From NCBI GenBank assembly GCA_964247055.1, contig OZ176053.1, positions 1,736,001 to 1,800,000 of the forward strand: a DNA stretch of 64,000 nucleotides, read 5' to 3'. Of this stretch, positions 11,580 through 24,500 are shown piece after piece. The translations under genes were made by a program, and so were the position numbers. Positions within the stretch are counted from its first letter, which is position 1. Each line of letters opens with the position of its first letter. The notes beneath the pieces are model-generated. The model searched no databases. It was not told where the DNA came from and saw only the letters and a program-made list of their open reading frames with translations. This DNA is from Paragordius varius (lineage: Eukaryota; Animalia; Nematomorpha).

Positions 11580-14500
11580 TTATTTTTTTCGTTTATGATG
11601 TTTTTTATTGCCCCCAAAAGTATTTGAATTATTATGAAAAGAAATGTTTCCGGAATGTACTTTTTTTAACGGGGATTCTAAAAGCTCATTAATATTATCA
11701 TTTTCTATAGTGTAGACTATAGAATTTCGGTTTTTATTCTTTGTATTTATATTAACTTTCAATTTTTTGGTTGTCTCTTCGGTTGAGTCTTGTTCACCAT
11801 AGTTTTTGCGCTTTTTTATTAAATAATGAGATACAATATTTGAGCAGCATAGCAGGATATTTTGTAGACAAGTTTTGCCATATGTATAAGCAGTATGCAT
11901 TTTGGAAAATCGAATAGTTGTATTTTGACCCAAAAGTAAAGGGGAAGTAGTTTTTAAGTTCCCAGGACATATGTTAGAAGAGGAGTCTGTAGACTGCGAA
12001 GATATCATCTCAGACCAGGAGTTTAAATGTACAGTAGAATAACGAACAAATTTGGCATATACCCGACCTAAGCATGGCAGTAGGCATATGCAACACAAGT
12101 GATATGCAAAAAATAGGATAACATACAACCCTATCAAAAATGATGCAAGTAAAAGTGAAGTTACAAAAAGCTTTTTGGCATACGCCCCAAAAGTCCATGG
12201 CTGTTGTTTATTTGACTGGGGCGTGGCAGAAATGGTAAAGGGTATATATCTTGTCCAAAAATTACTAATATACCCCAAAATGGCATCAGTATTAAATGTG
12301 TCTCCTTTCTTACCATCACCATGATTAAATGGTTCATCTTTCATTGGTGTAGTAAGTAACAAATTTGCGGATTTCGACATCGGTTTTTCGTTATTCAATG
12401 TTGGCCTTTTTGATTGAACAACATTTTTTAAGTTTTCAAACCCAGACTTTATGGTTGAAAGTAGGTCTAAATTTAAACCATGGACAGAGGGCTGACCAGG
12501 TGCCGGGGTTAAAAAAGTCCCGTAACTGTGCCTAAGACGCGTAAGCTGAGCCCCAAATTTAAGTTCCAACGGTTTACCTATCCTTGCGCTTTGTATGTAA
12601 GCCGAACTGTATGGACATTCTGGTAACTCCTTATAAACGACTTCATTAACATTACCATAGATATTACTTGGTGTGGAATCTAAACTGTTACTGGCATTTT
12701 GAGAATACTTTTCAATGGTAAGATTATCATGGTTTATTGGATCTATATCATTGTTGATTAAAAAAATTATAAGAATTGGAGTGATACAATATGATGAAAT
12801 ATACATTGCTAGGTTTTATTTAATTAAATATTGCACCAAATAGAATATACAACAAAGAGCATCATAATCGTCTGATAGCAGTTTAAAATGAAAAAAAAAC
12901 TATAATAATATTTCCCTTGTCTTTTTATATGTGGAAAAAATTTGAAGTACTAGCACATACTTATTCATACTGTAAAAATAGTTGTTCAACAAAAAGTTAC
13001 TTTAAGATTAATAACAAAAGGTCAAATGCAAATTCTTAATTTCAGTCAAAACATTAATGGCTTATTTAGAATCTTATCCTTTGTTTTTACCTTTAATAAC
13101 TTTCGAGTATCGGAAAAGTTTGTTCCCTTTCAAACGTTTAATACTGGATGGAACCACAGGTGTGGGGAATGTGTAATTATCGGCAACGTTTTTTAGTTCC
13201 GGATTTAAGTGACCCGTCATGGCATACGCAAATAGATCATCAAACAATGAAAAACAATCTGCAAAAATGGAAAATAATATAACTTTCTTTCAAACATTTA
13301 AAAACGGTATTTAGTGTTCAAAAGAGCTTCCAAAAAAATGAAAAAATCGTAGTTTTCGAATAAAAAGTTTCGTTCATATATAAAAAGTTATCCTTATAAA
13401 AATGGTTTGAATTTAAATCTATAGAATTAATAGGAAAATATATAGGGCAGCAATATTCAAAATTATATATAACTTGGATTTCATTAAGTACTAATTAACT
13501 TATAAAATATACATAAAACGACTAAACAAGAATAAAGATAATCAAAATGCCCTAAACTGGAATGAATATTCATATTTTGACTCATATATACTATTTTAAT
13601 ATTAAAAATTCTTTCTAAGTTTTATAAAAAAAGTTTATGTACCTTTAGTCATACGTAAGCTATCTAAACAATTTGCATCACCAAACACAATAATACGGCC
13701 AGGATTGGTTATATTGAGTAGGGGTTGTGGATTTAGCTGTAATAAACCAAGGATAGGCACAGTGCCAGCCAATTCTTTAAAGACTTCTTTGGGAGCGGTA
13801 AATCCCTCAAATATCACATTAACACCTATTTTGGAAACATATGAAACATATTTTAAAAAACAGTAAAATTATAAAATACGCAGTTAGTGCCACAAAAAGC
13901 TAATAGGTTCGGTTGATCACCATACAATTTTTGGTTTTGAATAGAAAGAAAACTAAAGAAAAATTAAACTTGATCATTTCATATAAAAGAAAGATAATTA
14001 GCTGTTGTCAATGAAGACAGGGTTATTTTTATAAATTTATTTATTAAAATTTTTTTATCTGGCCAATCATGTTCGGATAAATAATAAAGGTATCTTGGGT
14101 ATTTTTATTTTATTTTTTTAAAAAGATACAATCCTCTCAAAAATTTAATATGAATTAATATAATTGTGTAAGTATTAAAATTGTTACAATATTAACAGAA
14201 TGGGATTTGTCGTCAAAGACAAATAATGACTTATATGAATATTTTAAATGAATTCATTAAGAGGGAAATAGACTATAAGTGTAAAATAAAATACCTTGAT
14301 TTTTCATAGTCGGCGTATAGACATAACTAGTATATAGCGTTTCAGTGTCATTATTTCGATTTTCCCAAGAAGATTCATTCATATGCCCATTTCCTAGAGT
14401 ATTACTTTGGTTCGTAAGATTGGCCGATGTTACAGATTGGTTTGATATGAAAGGAGAAAAAATGGAAGTAGGAAAATGGGTTAAACTAGCCCCTGAAAGG

Positions 14501-15492
14501 TATTCCACATCATGTTTCCCTAAAGAAAATAAGCCCTCCCAAACCGTATCACCTAAACTAATGTTCCAAGGCGCTAACAATTCATTCAGCGCTGGGATGT
14601 TTGAACCACCCGTGTCAGGGACCCACCAATGTCTAAATAATATATAATGTATAAAAAAGAATTGTTATACGGAAAGAAAAGGTAAAAATGAAAGAACATT
14701 TATCATTTTTTTTATAAAAAAAATGATTTTATTAAAAATAAAAACTAAAGTTTTGGGTAGCAAAATAGGGATTTTAAAGTGTAAAATATTAATTAACCCA
14801 ATATAATACAGTGTAAATTAGAGTAAAAATTGAAATTATAAGGACAAAACGTAAAAATATAAAGACATTTTTTTCAAAAGACAACCATACCTTTTTAAAC
14901 GTTAGTTTATTCGAAAAATTTAATTACAATCGTAATATACATAATTGATTGTATTACCAATTTACATTTCTATATTATACTTTGTAGTTTAAAACAGTGA
15001 GTTATATTTTAAAAAAGTCAAGATTAAAAAAGTATGGCTGTCTTTTTTAAAAAAATATTTGTCTTTATATTTTCACGTTTTGTCCGTTAATTTTCAATTT
15101 TTACTGTAATTAATTTGTGTAGGAAACACGTCAACGTTTTAAAAAGTATGGTTATCTTTTTTTGAAATAAGTGTATAATTTCAATTTGTTCTGTATACTT
15201 TTATTATATAATAATTGCCCGTTTTGTCATCAATGTACGCATATTGTTAAATGGTATTTTAAAAGTATAATCATTAAATTAGCAGTTAAAAAAACTATCA
15301 TTTATTTAAAATTATTTAACGCTTTAACCTTACAATGTATCGAATAAGTATGTGAAATAATTCCATATAGAAAGCCATCTACCTACTTGTCAATTATTTC
15401 ATTATTAATAATTCATTTAACTAATTCGTTATTACACTCCTTAACTTTTATAAATTTAATCACAAAATATACACACTAAAAGGTAACTGATC

Positions 15493-15530
<38 letters not shown>

Positions 15531-18500
15531 TTATACATATTATCGTACACTCATACTTATCCAATATATGCCATTTACAATTCAAATTCACCCTAAAAAT
15601 AAATTATGTGTTAAATATATTCTTATGGGATAGTATATTATTTTTTCAGTATTATATTAATTTTAAACGAAATTCCATTTTATAAAAATATAAAAAATTT
15701 AGGTAATTTTTAATCTTAAAAAACGCACAATTTATTTTAGGATGAATTTGAATTGTTCAAGGGTAAATTTGAACTGTAAATGTTATATATGTATGATGTA
15801 AAATTACCTCGTATTTTCATCATAAAATTTGATACGTTTCATTATGGTCGTATTATACCATTCAGCCACAACTATGAGTGATAGATTGTGATTATTCACA
15901 TCATTTACCAATTTAGCGCGTTCGCCCGGGAAAAATTCCTCTTCAGAATCTATAAGGAGTAAAGCTCCATAATTTTTAGCCTCAAAACAAGTGAAAGGTC
16001 CACTCAGGACTTCAATGTAATATCCCGCTTTGCGGTAATGATTATAAAAACCACGAAAATTTGTATGCACGTGATCACCATTCCAATCCATAGGTTCATG
16101 CTTATGCACTAGGTTATCGCGTGGACAGTAACCTACAGAAAAATCAAAACATATAATTAAAATTTAGATTATATATTGAGAGCTTGTGTGTAGTAAATTT
16201 TCATACAATATAAACAGCGCATATAAACCTATGTAATATGATGATTATCAGAGACGGTTTCCAGATTTAAAAACGGTCTAGGTTTTAAAGTTGCACCCCC
16301 CCGTTAAAAATATGTACCTCACCACAAACTAACTCGTTTTGAGTTTTTTTGAACCATCATAGCCAAGAATGATAAAATAAATTTTATCATTTTTGTGATT
16401 TATGCCAATAAATATAACATTTAAGTTCAATCGGATAATTCTACAAAAGGGTTTTACGAGAAAGATTAGTACATATGCTATACCATTTATTCAAAGTCAC
16501 CCTAAAAATAAATTATGGATTAAAAATTATCTATATTTTTAAAAAAATGAAATTTTATTTAAAATTAAAATAACACTGAAAAACTAATAAACTATGCCAC
16601 AAAGATATATATAAGTATGATGAGTTATATTAGCCCTATCATACATAATTTATTTTTGGGGTGACTTTGAATTGTTTAAGGGTGAATTTGAATTGTAAAT
16701 GGTATAATATCTACGTTTTTATCCTAAAAATCATACAGATATGTATTACATTGTATATATTCAAAACATACATATGTTGACCATATATATATATATATAT
16801 AATTGCTTATTTCTTTATTTGAATATTACACAAAACATGAAACATATATCATTAGATAGAAACCTGGTGGATAATTTAGGTTATGATATTGATCCCACAA
16901 AATTCGTTTGTCCCGAGCCGGTGTCCGTATAATTTTAAGGCGGAGTGGAAATGTCAGGCTATAACTGGCAGCGTTTGGTCCAAACCCTTTGAGAGTTACA
17001 TTGATTTGTCCAGCGGATAATCCTTCCCAATATATGGGTGTACCCTTTTCATTGACCGTTATAACTAAGGCTAACCAACCGGCCCATGGCCATACCATAG
17101 GTGTGCTGTGTGAAAATCCAACATTCAAATACTTTCCATTCTCTTTGGCGTAGGCGTGCCATATTGGCTAAGGTTATAAAAATATAAATGTTATTGAGAG
17201 GAATTTTATAAAATAAATTCTGACTAGGGCTGTGCATTTGACTGCTTTTTCAAAAAAGTCCAGTCAGACCCAGTCAGACGATGGTCATAACCACTTTTTA
17301 ATTATAAATATCAGGCGATATTGGATTGTGAAAATAATGTTCTAAACTTGCGTTTACTAATAATGTTATGTTTTTTCTTAAAAGATTGTATTATACATTT
17401 TTTTAATATTTATTATTTACAAATATTTTCAATCAAATTTAATCAAGAATTTTGTATCCAAATAAATTTTGCCACATGTTTGTGGTTTTCTGAATCCTCA
17501 AATACCTAACTTTAACTGAATATTTATAAAATTTTTCCGAGTTTTTATACTTTCTTTCATCATTGAAATATCCAATTGTTGTTTTGTTTTACGAAATAAC
17601 TGGATATTCTTAAAGGCTAATGTTATAAGGATGCATGTTTAACAATTTTACATTGTTAAATAAGCATATAAATATTTAATATATATTTAAATATTAAAAA
17701 ACAATAAAATCTTAATATTTCTTTTCCAAAAATTTTTTGACCATGGTCTAAAAATAAATAGTCTGGTCATGACTTGGCCAGCACAACCCTAATTCTGACA
17801 ATGTAATTTAAATAGTGGACTGGGTCAACTGTTTGAATTTTGCGCAGGTGATTTTAAATTAAATAACTTTACAATGTGAAAAAATTACGGATCGAATTTT
17901 GATACTGATGAGTACCAATAAGCACGAAACTAATTTGCAATAAGTATTGACAGAGGGTTACACATATAACTTTGTTTTAAATATTCAGATATCACTTTGT
18001 TTTGTTTTCAGTTAAATTTGGGCAGATAATATCAAGTTTAGTAAATGATTTTTGTGTTCCTTTATTTAATTTTAAGGATACAAAAATATATAAAGACAGG
18101 AATTTACAAAAAAATATATTCTGACAATGTAATTTTCATGGCGGAGTGAGTCAAATGTTAAAATTTTGCGTAGGTAATATTAAATTAAATAACTTTATTA
18201 TCTGAAAAATTACGGAAAGAATAATGTTTCATACTTATGAGTACTAATAAGCACGAAATTAATCTGTAATAAGTATTGACAAAGGGTTTCACCTATCACT
18301 TTGTTTTTATCTTTCAGATATCACTTTGTTTTATTTCGGTTAAATATGCCCATATAATATCAATATAAATAATTTTTGTGTGACTTGATTTAATTTTAAG
18401 GATTCCTTACCTTTTCATGTTAACAATTGTTTTTAACAAATTTTAACGCCAACATTTGTTTAGCATACTATCAAATAAAAAATATATAACCATATTTGAT

Positions 18501-21500
18501 AAAATATATGCTACAATAAGTAATTAAACAGTAAAAATTGAACGGACAAAACGAGACAATATAAAGACAAATATTTTTTTCAAAAAGAGAATCTTGATTT
18601 TTTTTTCTCATTGTTTTAAACTACAAAGAATAATATAGAAATGTAAATTAATAACACATCTATGTATTTAATTATTGTAATTGAATGTTTTTTATAGATA
18701 GGGTTGTTTAAAAAAGTTGTTGTCTTTTGAAAAAAAATTTTGTCTTGATATTTTTACATTTTGTCCGCATAACTTCAATTTTCACTGTAAATTTATTCAC
18801 GATAATTTAAAAATTACACATTTTATATACATTCTACAGAAAAATAAAACCTTTTCCACAATAGCCGAAGTTAAGGATGTAGGATTGAGAATAGTTAAAT
18901 TAATAACCATAGGCATAGATGTTAAATATAAGGGTTGGGAACAATAAGGCCACATATAAGGGCATTCATTCGCCCCAGCGGCATCAAGGTATGCAGGACT
19001 GAATGTTGGAATCCAATTATTTTTGGAGTTTTGCTAAACAAAAGAGTGAATTAAATTTTTACGCAAAAAAAAACAACTGGGAGAATTTTTTTGATTTTTT
19101 TGGTGAAGCTTTTATCATAACTTGAAATAAGGTATGAAAATGGTATAAAATTACTTTAGGATATTATAAAACACATTTTCTATATAATTAAAGATGCTGA
19201 ACATTTCTATCACAAAATATTATTTATTTTGAAATATGAAAATAATTTTTAAAAACTTAACTTATATATAATTTAAATTTTTAGACAAACGAATTTTTTA
19301 ATAAGAAATTTCCAGAATCATCGAATTATATAGAAAAAGTGCTAGTAGCTTTTATTATATATTAACGTTTTTATACCGTTTCCAACATGTTTTAAAATAC
19401 CATAAAACTCGTTTCACAATATTTTTTGCTATAAATTAATTAAAGCAAACGCGTCCATTTTTGGGGTCAAAAAAACTTTCTTTATTGTCAAAATATAGAC
19501 ATGATAAAAATTATTCTCGCGCAATATTGTTTTTGCCCACCATTTTGTGAAGGGGACACCCCAACAAATACTTAATTATTCCAACAATTTGGTTAATTAT
19601 TAATTAACTTGTTTAACTTTTGATCATAAAATATTATATAAAATCGCAATTTGTCTATTTTAAGATTAGTGGTGACCGACCCATTCTCAAACTTATATAT
19701 GATTTTTAAAAAAAATTAACAAAATGTGTTTTAGTTTAAAGCAAAGGGTGTTTAACAGACGGTCCACGGGTAGACATTATGCGCGGCCCACGAAAAACTT
19801 GTTCAAAATTTGCAGAATTTGTTCTCTAAACCTTAGCAAAATTGATATTTTGTTCTCTAAATAAGTCATCTATCCATTTGGAAAGAATTAGAAAAAATTA
19901 TCATGTTTGATATCAAATAAATTATTAATTTTTACATATTTCGAATGTGGCCCGCAGTATTTTTTAAGTCAAAAATGCGGCCCACGAAGCCATTTGTGTT
20001 GTACACCCCTGGTTAAAAGTTTTTTTTCTGATTTAAAAACAAAAATATTACCAGAAATCGTTTCCTTTCTTTCTCATAATCTCCTTCGGTATCATCCTCA
20101 TTTTCATTAATACTATTCCGCTTTTTTTTGTGCTTTGCCGTAAATTTTGTTTGCGATTCAAAGGGATTAATATTGTAGTAAGACATTAGGAGTTGAAAAG
20201 ATTTAACAAGATCCATTTTCCCGGACCCCTGATCAAAGATTGAGATAGAGGGAAGGCGTTCAGCCCCACCCATTAACACCTGTTTAATGAGTGCGACATT
20301 AATGTAATTTTCTTTGATCTCGTCAAAATTGGCATCTATTGTACATAAAATAGTAGGATATTAAATTTTTTTTACTGTTAGAGTTTGTGAAAGCTAAAGT
20401 TAATTATATAATTTAAATTTATAACTGGAACCAAATAAAATTTATAGGATTTTTAAGATTCAGTAAAATTGGTTTCTATTAGTGTAGTGTATAATTCCAC
20501 TAAAAATAAAAAATAATCCTATTTTACACATATTAAAAATATTGCCTAATTCCATCATAAAAAATTAGATACAAAAATTTATTTAATGTATTATCAATAG
20601 GCAATATTCGGAACATAATCTTAGTTTCGCATATCATATATGTTTTTTTTAATTCTTTTATATAGTTTTAATATACACTTACTTATATTAAAAAAATAAA
20701 TAAGTTTTAATATTTATAAAATCTAAAAGTCTCGAATAATTCGTATTAACCTATTCGATACAGTGAAAATTTGAATAAATTATGCATAATACAAAAAGTA
20801 TATGGACTAAAACACAAATAGGTTTTAAAAAGACAACCATACTTTTTCCAAACCAATTTTTTTTCAAACTCTCATCTAAAGTTGTAAAATAAGGAATAGA
20901 GATGTATGGCAGGCAACACATATATACCATTTGCACTTCAAGAGTGTCCTTGAACAGTTCAAGTTGGTCCTTGAACAATTCAAGTTGGTCCTTGAACAAT
21001 TCAAGTTGGTCCTTGAACAATTTAAGTTGGTCCTTGAACAGTTCAAGTTGGTCCTTGAACAATTCAAGTTGGTCCTTTGACTTTTTTGTTTTGTTTTTAA
21101 TTTTTATCAATCAAATCGTAAATATTTCATCTATTTTATTGTTTTTAACCTATTTTCTATTATTTAACATAAATTTTAAATCGATATCAACTTTTAATCT
21201 CAGAGAAACCGTATATCTTTATTAATTTCTTAAAATAATTTTGGATATTTATAAGATTTTAACACGAATGAAAAAATATATAAGTTTTCTGGGTTATTAA
21301 TTAAAATTTTTCAATAAAAACATTTAAAAGTCAATAATTTTGTTTAATTGACAAAAAATAGTTTGGAACAAAAAAGTGGTTGATAAATTAAAATTTTTAT
21401 TTTTAAATGAATAAAAATATAATAAATAAAGAAAATTAGGTTTATAAATAATAAAATAAAAAAATAAATGCAAAAATTATGGTTAAATCTAAATTTACAA

Positions 21501-24500
21501 ATTTTAAGGACCAACTTGAAGTGTTTAAGGACCACCTTGAATTGTTCAAGGACCAACTTGAATAGTTCAAGGACCAACTTGAATTGTTCAAGGACCAACT
21601 TGAACTGTTCAAGGACCAACTTGAATTGTTCAAGGACCAACTTGAACTGTTCAAGGACCAACTTGAATTGTTCAAGGACCAACTTGAACTGTTCAAGGAC
21701 CAACTTGAATTGTTCAAGGACCAACTTGAATTGTTTAAGGACACTCTTGAAGTGCAAATGGTATATTTCAATATTGTAATTATCAAGTTTTACGTATAAA
21801 AAAAACTTTTATGTTGTAATGGTTAATATATTAAATAAGTTGTAGAAACCTGTATAATTATCACTCAAATATTTGAAGATTGAACTAATGAGAAGCGAAA
21901 CGGCTCCAGTAACTACAGGAGAGGCTACACTTGTCCCTGATAAAACTTTGCAGCCCCCGCTAAATTAATAAAAAATAAATAAAAAATGAAACCTCGATAT
22001 TTTTGTTATATAACTTGGTTTTTGAGGGTAAAGTTGTAAAATAAGAATAGAAAGAGAGAGAAAACTAGATATAACCTCAATATATCACAATATTAAGCAT
22101 ATAGGTTATGTAGATAAGGTTTTCATTATTAAACATTTTTCTAAAATTATTGTTTTTAAATTAAAAATCATAAAAATAAGAGAATTTAATAATTTTTGGC
22201 TTATGACTTTTTTGAACAAATGGTATATTGAATATACATTAATTAAAATCACTAAAATAACGCATTTTTGGCAAATTACACATTGTAGTAAAAAAATGCG
22301 TGATCGCTTTATTTTTAATATTTAATAAATTAATATTTAAGTCAATCTACTAAAAATTACAAATTTAATGTAGTGTATCGATTGTAATAAAAATCAGATT
22401 TAATCATTTATAATATAAAATAGGTTTTTTTACTCAATATCCGAACCATATACAATCCCATGCGTTAATACATCAGGCTTAACTCTACCATAACCAAGTG
22501 GTAATTCCTGAAAAATGAAAACATTTAAGGTAAACATAAAACACTGATTTTTTTCCAGTCAAATTATATCTTAATTATATTTAACATAAAAATATAACTG
22601 ATATTGGGCAGTAAGAAAAAAATCGTTATTATTTTATCATTCACGTTATTAACTTATAATTTTAATAAAGTATATTTTATAATCTATCCAAACACACTTT
22701 GATGTAAAATAAAAAAATTGATAAGGTAATGTTTCTTGTATTAAAACTTCCTTAATTTTTTTCCTTAAGTTTTAGTCAAAATAAACCTACATTTGTGCAA
22801 ATATTACAGTAAAAAAAGGTTTTTAATATTTAAACTGACCTACTAGTGGTTGAGAAATCTAAATGTTATTGCATTTTCTAAGCTCCAACAAATGCTAAAA
22901 ACAAATCCACATTCAAGAATATGCCCATTTTACGGAAATTATCTTGCATTTAGCAAGAAGAAATTCAAAAATATTGAAATTTTTTAAACTTAGCCATACC
23001 TAAAATCTCAAAATTAACCCAAACTAATTTTGTAAATAACCCAAAAATTGATTTAGAAAAAATCATTTTATAAAAGGAAAACCTCAAAAAATTAAATTTT
23101 ATTTAACATACCCATGTGGTCATACCACGCGATGAAAAAGGGGCGAGCTTATTATCGGGCGTTAGACCACCAACTCCAATAACATCAATCATATCAGCCG
23201 GATTATTGAGTGAACCCGCAATGGGTCCATCATTCCCTATCGAAGATACTATAATCATATTATTGGCTGAAATTTCCCATACCTATTTTATACATTTATA
23301 ATTATATACCATTTACAGTTAAAATTCACCCTTAAACAATTCTTTAAATTGACCTTTGAACAATTCAAATTCACCCTTGAACAATTCAAATACCCTTGAA
23401 CAATTCAAATTCACCCTTGAACAATTCAAATTCACCCTTGAACAATTCAAATTCATCCTAAAATAAATGATGTGTATTCTTTTAGATAAAAAATTACCAA
23501 TACTTTTTTTTATATTTTTGTATATTTTAAAAATTAAAATTTTGTTTTAAATTAAAATAATACTGAAAAAATAATAAACTATGCCATAAGAATTTATTTC
23601 TTTTATAAATGATAAGTTATATTAGCCCGAAAACACATATTTATTTTTAGGGTAAATTTTAATGTTGGAGGGTAAATTTAAATTATTCGAGAGTGAATAT
23701 GAATTGTAATTCACCCTAAAATAAATTATTTATTTTCGGACTAATATAACTCCTTATTAATATGAAATATATCATAATAGCATAGTTTATTATTTTTTGG
23801 TATTATTTTAACTTAAACAAAATTTTATTTTTTCAAAATATAAAAAAATGTAAGTAATTTTAAATCTTAAAAAACACTTTATTTAAAGGGTGAATTTGAA
23901 TTGTTCGAGGGTAAATTTGAATTGTAAATATGTATATTTACATTGTTATAGAAAAAACGTAATAAAAAAACTAAAGGACAAATATTTTATTTACTAAAAA
24001 ACAACATTATTTTCAAACTTTGTTTTTTTCTCGATAACCTAAATGATTTACAATTGTAACATAAGTATTAAGTGTTTTATCAATTTACTTATCTATCCAT
24101 TATTTCGCACAATCAAAAACAATTAACTATATTAGAATAAATTAAGGCTTGAAAATACATGTTAAAAATTTGTGCGTTTCTTAATAAAATTATGAAAATT
24201 ATAGATTTAATATTCGCTCATATATAATTGATTTTATTCTACATAGAAAAGTGAGGATATGATAATTTTCACGTTCTGAATTTATATTAATACATAACGA
24301 GAATAATAACAGTTTTTATAAAAATAAATATTTTTATAAAGAATATCTATTATTATTAGGGATTTATAGTAAAAACTAAAATTATACGGACAAAAAGTAA
24401 AATTATAAAGACAAATATTAATTTCTAAAAGATAACCATACTTTTAAATCTAGATATCAATATAATTCATTGTATAAATGGATGGCAAAGTGTGAAATAG

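Noticed and set aside
12010-14647. Alternate-frame and antisense ORFs (12010-12198 on -, 14345-14647 on +)
   Set aside because: Shadows of genuine MBTPS1 exons.
20751-21799. ORFs with heptad repeats (FKDQLEL, LEQFKLV, NCSRTNL) resembling coiled coils, or a CRISPR-like array
   Set aside because: They are translations of the 21-bp subterminal arrays of MITE family B. Units are contiguous with no spacers, several frames are open, and the element has TIRs and TA flanks inside an S1P intron.
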